Source of the DNA: Candidatus Aminicenantes bacterium UBA6228 | GTDB taxonomy: Bacteria; Acidobacteriota; Aminicenantia; Aminicenantales; Saccharicenantaceae | DNA: 64,000 bases | Assembly: GCA_002441005.1 (NCBI GenBank) | Contig: DJWO01000014.1 | Coordinates: 88,662 to 152,661, forward strand | Direction: 5' to 3' | Shown here: piece after piece, positions 50,478 through 59,259 of the stretch | Numbering within the stretch: position 1 is the first letter of the stretch | How the letters are laid out: every line of letters starts with the position of its first letter | Made by a program: the position numbers and the translations under genes | The notes under the pieces: generated by a model | Told to the model about the DNA's origin: nothing | Database searches by the model: none | The model's input: only the letters and a program-made list of their open reading frames with translations

Positions 50478-51518
50478 ATGGAAGACAACAAGAACAACAA
50501 TAAGAGCAATAATAAGAAGAAATTAGCCAGAATAATTCTAACTGCTTTTGGTCTTTTACTCCTGGCTGTTCTCATCTGGAGAGCCGGGCCAAAGGTCGTC
50601 TGGGAGAATATTGTCCAGGCGGGTTATTACCTGCCACTGGTCTGTTTAACCGCCCTTCTCTGGATGTTCCTGCAAGCCATAGCCTGGTCCATCATCCAGG
50701 GCGCCTTTCAAAAAGTCCCGATAATGACCCTTTTTCGGGCAAAAATCATCGCCGACGGGCTCGGGACTCTCGTGCCGGTGGCGGCCAATATAGGAGGAGA
50801 AGCCGCCCGGGCAGTGATCATCAAGGAACATTCTCCCCTGAATGAAGGCATTCCCGGAGTCGTTTTCGATAAAACCATTGAATATCTGGCTTCTTTAGCT
50901 TATTTAGCAGCCGGGCTTTTTCTGTCTTTAATTTACCTTAAAATTCCCCAGAAGCTGAAGATTTCATCCTTGGTGGCTCTGTTGGTTATTTTTATCGCCC
51001 TGGTAGTCATGGTCATCCTGCAATTTAAAGGGGTTTATTCTATTATTGGCCGGGTGGCCGGAATTTCCCGCCGCAGTCGCCGCTGGTTTGAGGAAAAAGA
51101 AAGCAGCCTGAGAGATTTTGACCGGAATATGCGCCTGATGTTCAGCCATTCCAAAACAGGCCTGCTGATTGCTTTTCTTCTTCATTTTACGGCCCGCTGC
51201 TTAGGAGCCCTCGAAATCTATATCATTATCAGAGCCATGGGCTGGCCGGCCAGCCTGGTTAAAGTCGTTTTTATTTCAGTTTTTACGGTCATTATCAACA
51301 CGGCTTTTTTTATCATCCCTGGCCAGTGGGGTGCCGCTGAAGGTGGCAGTTTGCTGGCCGCTGCCACGGTCGGCTATCCGGCGACCATCGGGCTCAGTGT
51401 CGGGCTGATCAGGCGTATCCGCAAAATTATCTTTGCCGTCCTGACCGTGATTCTAACCGCAGCCGGTAAACATAAAGAGAAAGGAAAATTAGCTACGGAG
51501 AATGCCAATGGTAGATAA
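50478..51518 (+). CDS. UPF0104 / lysylphosphatidylglycerol-synthase TM-region family (flippase-like)
   Basis: About 8 TM helices; GGEAARA and PGQWGAAEGG motifs. Confidence 0.75.
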   Translation: MEDNKNNNKSNNKKKLARIILTAFGLLLLAVLIWRAGPKVVWENIVQAGYYLPLVCLTALLWMFLQAIAWSIIQGAFQKVPIMTLFRAKIIADGLGTLVPVAANIGGEAARAVIIKEHSPLNEGIPGVVFDKTIEYLASLAYLAAGLFLSLIYLKIPQKLKISSLVALLVIFIALVVMVILQFKGVYSIIGRVAGISRRSRRWFEEKESSLRDFDRNMRLMFSHSKTGLLIAFLLHFTARCLGALEIYIIIRAMGWPASLVKVVFISVFTVIINTAFFIIPGQWGAAEGGSLLAAATVGYPATIGLSVGLIRRIRKIIFAVLTVILTAAGKHKEKGKLATENANGR

Positions 51519-52833
51519 GGCCGTTATCCTGCTCCGCGCCGGATCAGGCAAAAAGATACTTGGACTGCCGCTCCTGTTAAGGGCCATCCTGGCCGCACAG
51601 CAGGCTGGCTTTAAAACTTTTTATTTGGCTGGCTCTGGAGAACCGGAAGAAATGGAGCTGGTGGAATTAGTAAAAAAGGACCAGCGAATTTTATCTTCGC
51701 CGCTTGATTTACACGCCCTCAGAATTGAAGATTTATCATCGCCCGGTAAACCAGCGACCCAGGAGTTATTCGATTCATCCGATGGATTTCTGCTGCTTGA
51801 GGGTGATGCGGTTTTTGATCCTTCCCTTCTTGACGAAGCAAAACGCTTTGAGCCCCAGAGTCAAGAAATAATAATTTTCAAAACCGGTCCGGATGTTGCC
51901 GGCTCTGATTCGAACTGGACCGGACTGGCGGTTATCTCTGGTAATTTGTTGCCCGGGCTTCTGACCAGATTCGGCTCGGGTAATGATCAAAGCTCTGAGC
52001 CGTTGACCGCACTTCCTTCGACGGCAACCATCAGATATTTGACGCTTTCCTCCGGACATTTTCTCCTCAGAGTAAATTCCAGGGAGTCGGAGAAAAAGGC
52101 GGAAAAAGCCTTGCTGTCCACTGCCCGCAAACCGCAGGATGGCTTTATCGCCAGGCACTTCAACCGGCATGTTTCCCTTTTTCTCAGCCAAAAGCTGATC
52201 AAGCTCCGGGCCAGCCCGAGCCTGCTGTCTTTCCTGAATTTTCTCATCGGCCTGACCGGTGCCTGGCTGGCTGCGATTGGCCGCGGTTACTGGAGTTTTT
52301 TGCTGGCTGGTTTGCTTTTTGAGCTGGCCAGCATTTTCGATGGCTGTGATGGTGAGGTGGCCCGCCTGACTTACAATACTTCTGACCGGGGAGCCTTCTC
52401 TGATGTTCTGCTGGATGCCTCGAGTTACATTATTTTCTTTAGCGGTCTGGCTCTTGGACTTTACCGTTATAAGCTGGATAGCAACTATTTGACCCTGATG
52501 ACCATCTTCCTTCTCTCCGCCGCCTGGTATTATTATAACCTGGCCCGCTACAGCCGGAGCTCAGGGATCGGTAAGAAGATATTCTTAGTGGCCAAAGAGA
52601 TAGAGTCCCGGCCGGAAAAGGAAAAAAAGCTGAGCCTGGTGGATAAAATAGCCGCTAAAGTGGCTTTTGCTGTCCGCCGTGATTTTTTTGCGACTGCAGT
52701 TTTTGTCCTCTTAGCTCTGGGACAGGCCCCGGCTGTTATCTATCTCATTTGTTTCGGCTCGCTCGTTGAATCAGTCTATTTCCATTTTTATGTTCATAAA
52801 AAGCTGGTCAGCCAATCAGCCGAAATAAATTAA
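51502..52833 (+). CDS. Degenerate nucleotidyltransferase-like domain fused to CDP-alcohol phosphatidyltransferase
   Basis: FDGCDGEVARL..GAFSDVLLD signature. The N-terminal AVIL..ILGLPLLLRAI..FLLLEGDAVFD region resembles an NTP-transferase fold without the GxGxR/PK motif. Confidence 0.78.
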   Translation: MPMVDKAVILLRAGSGKKILGLPLLLRAILAAQQAGFKTFYLAGSGEPEEMELVELVKKDQRILSSPLDLHALRIEDLSSPGKPATQELFDSSDGFLLLEGDAVFDPSLLDEAKRFEPQSQEIIIFKTGPDVAGSDSNWTGLAVISGNLLPGLLTRFGSGNDQSSEPLTALPSTATIRYLTLSSGHFLLRVNSRESEKKAEKALLSTARKPQDGFIARHFNRHVSLFLSQKLIKLRASPSLLSFLNFLIGLTGAWLAAIGRGYWSFLLAGLLFELASIFDGCDGEVARLTYNTSDRGAFSDVLLDASSYIIFFSGLALGLYRYKLDSNYLTLMTIFLLSAAWYYYNLARYSRSSGIGKKIFLVAKEIESRPEKEKKLSLVDKIAAKVAFAVRRDFFATAVFVLLALGQAPAVIYLICFGSLVESVYFHFYVHKKLVSQSAEIN

Positions 52834-52882
52834 ATTGCCAGCCAGTCCAGATTTATGTTAACTATGAAGACTGTTTAAGCCA

Positions 52883-54109
52883 ATGAAAATACTTCATGTT
52901 CTGACTTCTTTTGAGCCGGCCTGGGCGGTGGGTGGTTCTATCACCGCTCATAGCAATCTCTGCCATGCCTTGCAGCGTCTGGGTCATGAGGTAACGGTCT
53001 ATGCCAGTAACGCCGATGGCCTTGGTGGCCAGCTGGATGTCCCCCTCCAACAGCCAGTTGATTTAGATGGACTCAGAGTCTGGTATTTCCCTTATGAGCT
53101 GGGGCGAATCCGGGCTTTTTACTCCCGGAGTCTTCTCCATCAACTGAAAAAGACCGCCTCAGACTTTGAGGTCGTTCATCTGGCCGGCCTGTGGCAATAT
53201 CTGTGCGTGGCCGCTTCATCAATTGTAAAAAAACAGGGTATTCCTTCCATTATCACCCCTCATTCGAGCTTGATGGCCGCTTCCTTTTATGGCGTTGGAT
53301 CGCTCCGGACCAAAAAGTTTTACTGGAATTTATTCGGGAAAAAAGCCATCAAAAACGCTACTGCCGTTCATTTTCTAAGCGAGGGAGAACGCCAGGATTC
53401 AGAGGCTTTTACCCGAGGCGAAGCCAGCTTTATAGTTCCTAATGGCATTTTCACTGACCGCTATGAGAGAAATGAGACACTCAGGGCAGAGCTCAGGAAA
53501 AAACTAAATATACCGGGCGAAGCCCTGGTTATGCTTTTTCTGGGCAGGCTTCATCCCAAAAAACAAATTGATTTAATAATTAAGGCTCTGCCGGCCGTTT
53601 TAAAACAGAGACCGGATGTCTTTTTGCTGCTGGTTGGTCCGCCTGGCAGGGAAGAATATGTCAATAATTTGAAAAATTTGGCGGCCAGTCTCGGCTTAGA
53701 AAAGCAGGTTATCTGGGCCGGCCTTATTGATCACCACGAGACGCCCGCCTATTATTCAGCCTCCGATCTCATGGTTTTACCCAGCTTGGCCGAAGGAGTC
53801 AGTATGGCCCTGACCGAGGCCATGGCGGCTTCCCTGCCCCTTCTTATCACCAACCGGGTCGCTAATTGGGTAGAGATAGAGCAGGACGGAGCAGGATTGG
53901 TGGTCGAACCGGTGGCCTCCGAGGTAGAAAAAGCTCTGGTCAGGCTGGCCACTGACCCGACTCTTCTGGCCACACTGTCCAGACAGGCTAAAGAATCAGC
54001 CAGAAAACGATACGACATTAGCCAGGTTGCACCTCTTATGCTCAGGGCTTACCAGGATGTTATCACCGGAGAAAGAAGTCCCGAGCTTCACTGGCAGCAA
54101 AAAAGCTGA
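52883..54109 (+). CDS. Glycosyltransferase family 4
   Basis: HEVTV, VPNGI, FLGRLHPKK, PSLAEGVSMALTEAMA. Confidence 0.9.
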   Translation: MKILHVLTSFEPAWAVGGSITAHSNLCHALQRLGHEVTVYASNADGLGGQLDVPLQQPVDLDGLRVWYFPYELGRIRAFYSRSLLHQLKKTASDFEVVHLAGLWQYLCVAASSIVKKQGIPSIITPHSSLMAASFYGVGSLRTKKFYWNLFGKKAIKNATAVHFLSEGERQDSEAFTRGEASFIVPNGIFTDRYERNETLRAELRKKLNIPGEALVMLFLGRLHPKKQIDLIIKALPAVLKQRPDVFLLLVGPPGREEYVNNLKNLAASLGLEKQVIWAGLIDHHETPAYYSASDLMVLPSLAEGVSMALTEAMAASLPLLITNRVANWVEIEQDGAGLVVEPVASEVEKALVRLATDPTLLATLSRQAKESARKRYDISQVAPLMLRAYQDVITGERSPELHWQQKS

Positions 54110-54178
54110 GATCAGCCGCTTCACCGCCTGTTAACCGGCCTGCTAAAAAATATAGCGACCGTTTTTTAGATTAATTAC

Positions 54179-54766
54179 TTAAGGTTCAATTTTAGTGCCC
54201 AGCACTTCCAGGAACTTCCGCATCCATTCCGGATGTCCTGGCCAGGCGGCAGCGGTTACCAGGTTGCCATCAACATAAGCGTTGGACAGGCTGTCGTTTA
54301 GCTCTCCCCATTTAGCTCCGGCTCTGATCACATCTGGTTTTAAGGCCGGATAAGCAGTGCAAAGTTTGCCCTTAAGGACATCAGCCGCTACCAACACCTG
54401 CGGACCATGACAGATGGCTGCAATAGGTTTTTTGTTCTCAGCGAAGTACTGGACAATAGAAATTACTTTTTCATTCAAACGGATATATTCCGGGGCCCGG
54501 CCACCAGGGATGACCAGAGCATCATAGTTTTTGGGCTCAACTTCATCAAAGGTCGCAGTCAGGGCAAAATTATGGCCTGGTTTTTCACTATAGGTTTGAT
54601 CACCGACAAAATCGTGAATAGCTGTTTTGACCGTCTCACCTTTTTTCTTGCCAGGACAGACCGCATCAACCTGATGGCCAACCATGGTCAGCATCTGGAA
54701 AGGAACCATGGCCTCATAATCCTCGACATAGTCTCCAACCAGCATTAAAATCTTTTTTGCACTCAT
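54179..54766 (-). CDS. PfpI/DJ-1 family (YhbO-like) protein
   Basis: [30 protein letters not shown]; start MSAKK at 54766 with AGGAGG RBS. Confidence 0.9.
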   Translation of the reverse strand: MSAKKILMLVGDYVEDYEAMVPFQMLTMVGHQVDAVCPGKKKGETVKTAIHDFVGDQTYSEKPGHNFALTATFDEVEPKNYDALVIPGGRAPEYIRLNEKVISIVQYFAENKKPIAAICHGPQVLVAADVLKGKLCTAYPALKPDVIRAGAKWGELNDSLSNAYVDGNLVTAAAWPGHPEWMRKFLEVLGTKIEP

Positions 54767-55173
54767 TTTTAACCTCCTTATTGTAGCTATTTTTAGATTA
54801 TCAATTTTAGCTGAATCAGGCAACAGCCATCTTCCCAACAGACATGACCCAAATTGAGATTAAGGCGTTATAATTTTAAGAACTGCAAATGAAAGGAATC
54901 TAAGAACTTACAAAAATAAAGCTGGAGTTGTCGGCACCTGGCTTCAATGGGTCAGAGTTAGTCGGGGAAAAAGTTAGAGCCATGATTGCCAGGAAGTTTT
55001 TCAGAAAAGCAGGACGCTTGAATTGCTTCAGTTTTTGGCGCTGGCTCTAAGAAAATTTTAATGGTGGTGTCTACTGGACGATGTCAGAACTTTCTTCCAA
55101 CAAAATCCTGACGCTGACTGACGCAAAATTGCGAAGCATTTTTGCACTGCTATCTAAATTCCTAAAATTTATG

Positions 55174-55267
55174 AGTATAACGTTTCCAGCATATACGACG
55201 TTTTGCGATAGCAAAATGTCCCGAATGGCAAGGGCGTAAGCCCGTAGCATATATGCTGTGTTATGTG
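55174..55267 (-). other. attC site (cassette 2)
   Basis: Minus strand CACATAAC-A-CAGCATATA ... TATATGCTG-GAAAC-GTTATACT; 94-bp imperfect palindrome 17 bp after a stop codon. Confidence 0.85.
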
Positions 55268-55284
55268 ATGTCTGCGTGCCAATT

Positions 55285-55890
55285 TCAACTTTTTCTAAAT
55301 AAGTCAAGTGATGGTTCAATTAACTTCTTGCGGATAGTTTCACTATTATTAATTTCAAACAAATTATTCTCTACTAATTCTCCCTGAATTTTTATATATG
55401 CGTCCTCATAATCAATTTTTTCTATATTTTTGAAAATCTTATCGTCATTATATTCAAGATGACCCGTTACATTTTCAAATTTGCCAACCCATTTAACTTG
55501 AGGTTTCTTATGAATGTTATATAATACCCCTGCATAGACTTTCGGTTCATTAATATTTTTATCCCTAAGTATTATCCTTAAATATAAGATTTTTAAATTA
55601 TCGTCTATCTCTGTTATAGTTTGACCACGTTCGACCCTGGTTTTGTCCTTAGGAACAAAAAATACAGCGAATTTTCTCAACAGCCACAAATTGACATTAG
55701 TTGACTCTAATCCTGTTGAACTTCTTGCACTTATACCATAACCAGCAGGTCTTCCAATAATGAATTTCTCCTCTTCTTCATGCAAGATACCTTCTATTTC
55801 TTTAATCAAATAGGAAACCTCAAGATACAATTTTTGAATAAAATCAAACGCTAAATTTGTCTGCTCGATAATTTCACTTTTGTTAATCAT
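55285..55890 (-). CDS. Hypothetical cassette protein (201 aa)
   Basis: Start MINKSE at 55890 (GGAG RBS), overlapping the upstream stop by 8 nt; AT-rich codons; no motif recognised. Confidence 0.75.
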   Translation of the reverse strand: MINKSEIIEQTNLAFDFIQKLYLEVSYLIKEIEGILHEEEEKFIIGRPAGYGISARSSTGLESTNVNLWLLRKFAVFFVPKDKTRVERGQTITEIDDNLKILYLRIILRDKNINEPKVYAGVLYNIHKKPQVKWVGKFENVTGHLEYNDDKIFKNIEKIDYEDAYIKIQGELVENNLFEINNSETIRKKLIEPSLDLFRKS

Positions 55891-56722
55891 GGCTCCAGTC
55901 CTCCTTATAAAATATGGGGGGGTCAATATACTTTAACTTCCCTAATTGCAGCAGAGGCATAAATATCTTTTTCTGATTGGTAAGGAAGATTGTTTTCTTC
56001 ACCGGCGTGATCTTTTTTTCAAATAACAGACTTTGCATAAAACCGATAAAGGCGCCACGAAATTTAGCTGTTCTTATCTCAAAGAAAATGGAGACATAGC
56101 TTTTTAGAGAAGCGCTTACGTTATAGAGGTAATTGAGACCTTGAAAATCCCGAAGATTTTTCTTATCCAATAAGTTATATAGATCCAAAGCAAAATCTCG
56201 CTGTTGCTTTTTCATGTTTCTATTACTTTCTAGGACATTATAGAGAAACGAGGAAACTGATTGCCAATTAGTCCATTTAAAACGATGGATAAACTCTGGC
56301 GAGATTATTTTAAATTTATGTTCTTTATAATAATAGTCAGCAGTAATTGCGATTAACCAAAAATCCTTACCATAGTTCTTTGCCTCTAATTTTCCGCCAT
56401 GGATTTCACGTAGTAGTTGGGCTTTGGTTTTTTTAGTCTCCTCGGCGAATCCTGAAAAATATTTAGCTTCTATCAGTAGATAGTAATTCCCAACTATTAT
56501 GACTAAATCTGGTTCAGTATTTTCCTCAAAACGAGGCCAAAATATAAATTCTGCCTCATTAGCTTCCTAGTTAGAGATGTCAAAGCCCAATTTGTTCAAA
56601 TATCCTTTAAGAAAAATTTCTCGGTCTGAATATTTGAAAAAGGAAAAGACATTGGATGTCAGAATATCTTCCATTCTTTCAATTCTAGAAGTCAATTTGC
56701 CATGTAATTCAGCTAAGTACAT
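55883..56722 (-). pseudogene. PD-(D/E)XK nuclease-like cassette gene interrupted by an in-frame TAG at codon 52
   Basis: Single 280-codon frame MYLAELHGKL..EDILTSNVF..SN*EANEAEF..TEPDLVI..LLIEAKY..WTNWQ; TAG at 56567-56569. Confidence 0.8.
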
Positions 56723-56753
56723 TTTATCACCTTTGTGCTATGCACGCAGATTT

Positions 56754-56844
56754 CACATAACGTTCTCAGCATAAAAGAAGTTTTTGCGAAGCAAAAATTT
56801 GGGTGAGTGCCATAAAACACGAACCTTTTATGCTGTGTTATCTG
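56754..56844 (-). other. attC site (cassette 1)
   Basis: Minus strand CAGATAAC-A-CAGCATAAAAG ... CTTTTATGCTG-AGAAC-GTTATGTG; 91 bp, 16 bp after a stop codon; same architecture as the other attC. Confidence 0.85.
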
Positions 56845-56860
56845 TCTGTTTGTCGCCATA

Positions 56861-58216
56861 TTAATCTTTCCTTGGTCTTGCCCAATTGCAATATCTATGA
56901 GTTAGCCTAGCATTTTCAGGTATAGTTTTACCACCAGCCCAATATTGCTTGATATGATCAATTGCTGCATCATCTATATCTTGAATTTTCTGACCGCAAA
57001 TCGCACAGGTAGAATCATTTTTATAAAGTTCTTCCTTTAACTTCAAAGAAAAACAACGAGGTTCTTTTTTTGCAATACCAATTATGTCTTGAAGAGTTAG
57101 TCGCCACTTATCAAATCGTTTTGTTACTGCTTCAACACTACTTGTGGAGAGTTCAATTGCATCTATAAAATCCTGATCATTGGTCATTAGATATATTAAG
57201 GCTTCACGAATTGAATCAAGGTTTTGATAAACTTTGTTTTTGTCTTCTCTCGCAAAAGAATACATCAGAATGTCATATAAAGATGCATTGAATTTTTTTG
57301 GTTCCCAATATCCGTTTCGATTCTTTTCATCACCTTTATAAAATCTCTTAAATGCGTGATTGTCTAACAAGGATTTTATTATAGTAACCGCATTTTTAAA
57401 GGCGTTTTTTAATTCAATGGCGTCCACTTCAGATATATCTTGATATTTCTCCATATCATTGTTAAGAAACTTCCTCATAGGTGGTTTATATTTCAAATAG
57501 GTAAAATGATAAAATGCTGCAAATCTAAGAACAAGTTCTATATCTTTCATCCTCTTGTCAGGCTTTTTAAGTCCTAATAAGTACATAAAATCGGTATCTT
57601 TAGAAAGTTCTTTTAGTAATTTGTTGTATAGTCCCCTGTAGATGCAATTCCTTAATTCTTGATCGTTTAAAGATACTGCCCCTGTATTTAGTCGTTCAAA
57701 TATTTCAAATTTTAAATCAGCCTCTGACTCTCTCCGAAAAGTTATAGTGCGGATCTTACAATATCTTATTTTGTTTTGTAGCTTTCTATCTATCTCTTTA
57801 AACGATTTTCTGTTAAGTTCTGTAAATACTTTCAACCCGGTCAACTTAAAATCTATTCCGTCTGGAAATCGTCCATCTATAAATGAGAAAAAAGCGGTTA
57901 ATCTTTGTTGTCCATCAATGACATATTCTTTTCCATCTTTCTCTTCAGAGAGATAAATTACAGGGAGTGGTATATCCAAAAGTGCTGATTCTATTAGTCT
58001 GCTCGATTTTTTTGCATCCCATACAAAGTGTCTTTGGAAATCAGGCTGTATTATTAGATCTCCATCTTTATATTTCCTATAAAGTGAGTCTATCTCGGGA
58101 TCTCCCTGCTCTGTGTATACTCTTCTCTTTGTTGAAGAGACTTCTATATTCTCAATTTCTTCTTCTAATGGTTGCTCAAATTCGAGTTCGTTTAATTCTT
58201 CTGCTTCTTCATTCAT
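56861..58216 (-). CDS. DUF262 (GmrS/ParB-like) plus C-terminal HNH endonuclease protein
   Basis: IQPDFQRHFVW, VIDGQQRLT, IFERLNTG; CAICGQ..IDHIK..GGKT..NARLTHRYCN; GGAGG RBS. Confidence 0.88.
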   Translation of the reverse strand: MNEEAEELNELEFEQPLEEEIENIEVSSTKRRVYTEQGDPEIDSLYRKYKDGDLIIQPDFQRHFVWDAKKSSRLIESALLDIPLPVIYLSEEKDGKEYVIDGQQRLTAFFSFIDGRFPDGIDFKLTGLKVFTELNRKSFKEIDRKLQNKIRYCKIRTITFRRESEADLKFEIFERLNTGAVSLNDQELRNCIYRGLYNKLLKELSKDTDFMYLLGLKKPDKRMKDIELVLRFAAFYHFTYLKYKPPMRKFLNNDMEKYQDISEVDAIELKNAFKNAVTIIKSLLDNHAFKRFYKGDEKNRNGYWEPKKFNASLYDILMYSFAREDKNKVYQNLDSIREALIYLMTNDQDFIDAIELSTSSVEAVTKRFDKWRLTLQDIIGIAKKEPRCFSLKLKEELYKNDSTCAICGQKIQDIDDAAIDHIKQYWAGGKTIPENARLTHRYCNWARPRKD

Positions 58217-58243
58217 TCTATCACCTCCTTAGGCGACAAATTT

Positions 58244-58303
58244 CATATAACTCGTTTCTATACGAATTGAATGTATATGACCTTTTGGTGCATATTATAC
58301 GAA
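58244..58303 (-). other. attI-like site
   Basis: Minus-strand core GTTATATG (58251-58244) ahead of the first cassette, with no attC palindrome; TATACGAA direct repeats at 58259 and 58296. Confidence 0.6.
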
Positions 58304-58376
58304 CTTAATGTGTAATTATTAATCAAATTACTAATAATAACTTAAATACTTTTTTTTTACCAATTTTTATAGAATT

Positions 58377-58960
58377 ATGCAACAAAAATACTTGGAACAA
58401 ACAAAGCAAGAATTAAGATTAAGAATTTATAGTTTTAAAACTATAAAGGCTTATTTGGGCTGTCTGAGAGAATATTTTGATTTTAAAAAATTTAATTTGG
58501 AAAAAATAGACGAGGAAAATATAAAGCAATTTTTGTTAAATAAACAAAGTAGAAATTATTCTTCACAAACGATAAATCTTTACTTAAATACAATAAATTT
58601 TTCTACCGCGAAGTATTGAAAATTTCTCAAAATATAAATTTAAAATTCGCCAAGCGAAGTAAAAAACTACCGATTGTTCTATCAAGAGAAGAAATTAAAA
58701 ATATCATTGAGGCAATTAGAAATCCAAAACATAAATTGATAATTTCTTTGGCCTACGGCGCCGGATTAAGAATTAGCGAAGTTGTTAATTTAAAAGTAAA
58801 AGACGTTAATTTAGGAGAATTAACTATCCACCTTAAAAACGCTAAAGGCAAAAAGGACAGAATCACTATTTTCCCAGAAAAAATTAAAAATGATCTTCAA
58901 AACTTAATTGCTGGCAAAAACTTAAACGACTATCTTTATGAAAGCGAGCGAGGCGGCTAA
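58377..58960 (+). pseudogene. intI: Integron-type tyrosine integrase, frameshifted and 3'-truncated
   Basis: SAM-like N-terminus (YSFKTIKAY, SSQTINLYLN); frameshift near 58594-58602 (one added base restores FFYREVLK); KKLPIVLSREE, YGAGLRISE, KGKKDR; ends at ESERGG* before the HxxR and Tyr boxes. Confidence 0.85.
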
Positions 58961-58967
58961 TTCAATA

Positions 58968-59043
58968 TGGTGGAGCTGACCGGGCTCGAACCGGCGACCC
59001 CGTGACTGCCAGTCACGTACTCTCCCAACTGAGCTACAGCCCC
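58968..59043 (-). tRNA. tRNA-Ala(GGC)
   Basis: GGGGCTG/CAGCTCC acceptor stem, CGTGA-CTGGCAG-TCACG anticodon arm, TTCGAGC T-loop, encoded CCA. Confidence 0.96.
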
Positions 59044-59056
59044 ACCGGGTAAGTTT

Positions 59057-59085
59057 ATAATACAGAAAACCACCTTTTCCGTCAA
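59057..59085 (-). promoter_or_regulatory. Promoter of tRNA-Ala
   Basis: Minus strand TTGACG-N17-TATTAT. Confidence 0.6.
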
Positions 59086-59259
59086 GAAAAACAGGGGACA
59101 CAATCTATATTTCCTATTTTTTCTGGACTTTTCTTTGAAGAAAATCACTCTGGTCCTCAAAGAACCGGGTCGTCTTTTCCTGAAAGCTCAACTCCATAAT
59201 GTCAAAAACAAGATAAAAACAGAATGGAATCTTAAATAAAAAAGGCAAGTAACATAAAC

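Larger units (their letters stand above)
55061..58973. mobile_element. AT-rich island at the tRNA-Ala 3' end carrying a decayed integron
   Basis: Visible drop in GC; ATGGTGG direct repeat at 55061-55067 and 58967-58973 (the latter includes the tRNA CCA end); integrase remnant, attI-like site and two attC sites. Confidence 0.8.

Noticed and set aside
55071-55319. 82-aa ORF on the minus strand
   Set aside because: It runs through attC2 and the island end, so it is a shadow ORF.
56567-56569. TAG as pyrrolysine or a recoded codon
   Set aside because: Other genes in the window, such as fabH, end normally at TAG, and no pyl context is present. A point mutation or sequencing error is simpler.
56577-56774. 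65-aa ORF on the plus strand
   Set aside because: It is antisense to the amber-interrupted nuclease gene.
58957-59160. 67-aa ORF on the minus strand
   Set aside because: It overlaps tRNA-Ala.
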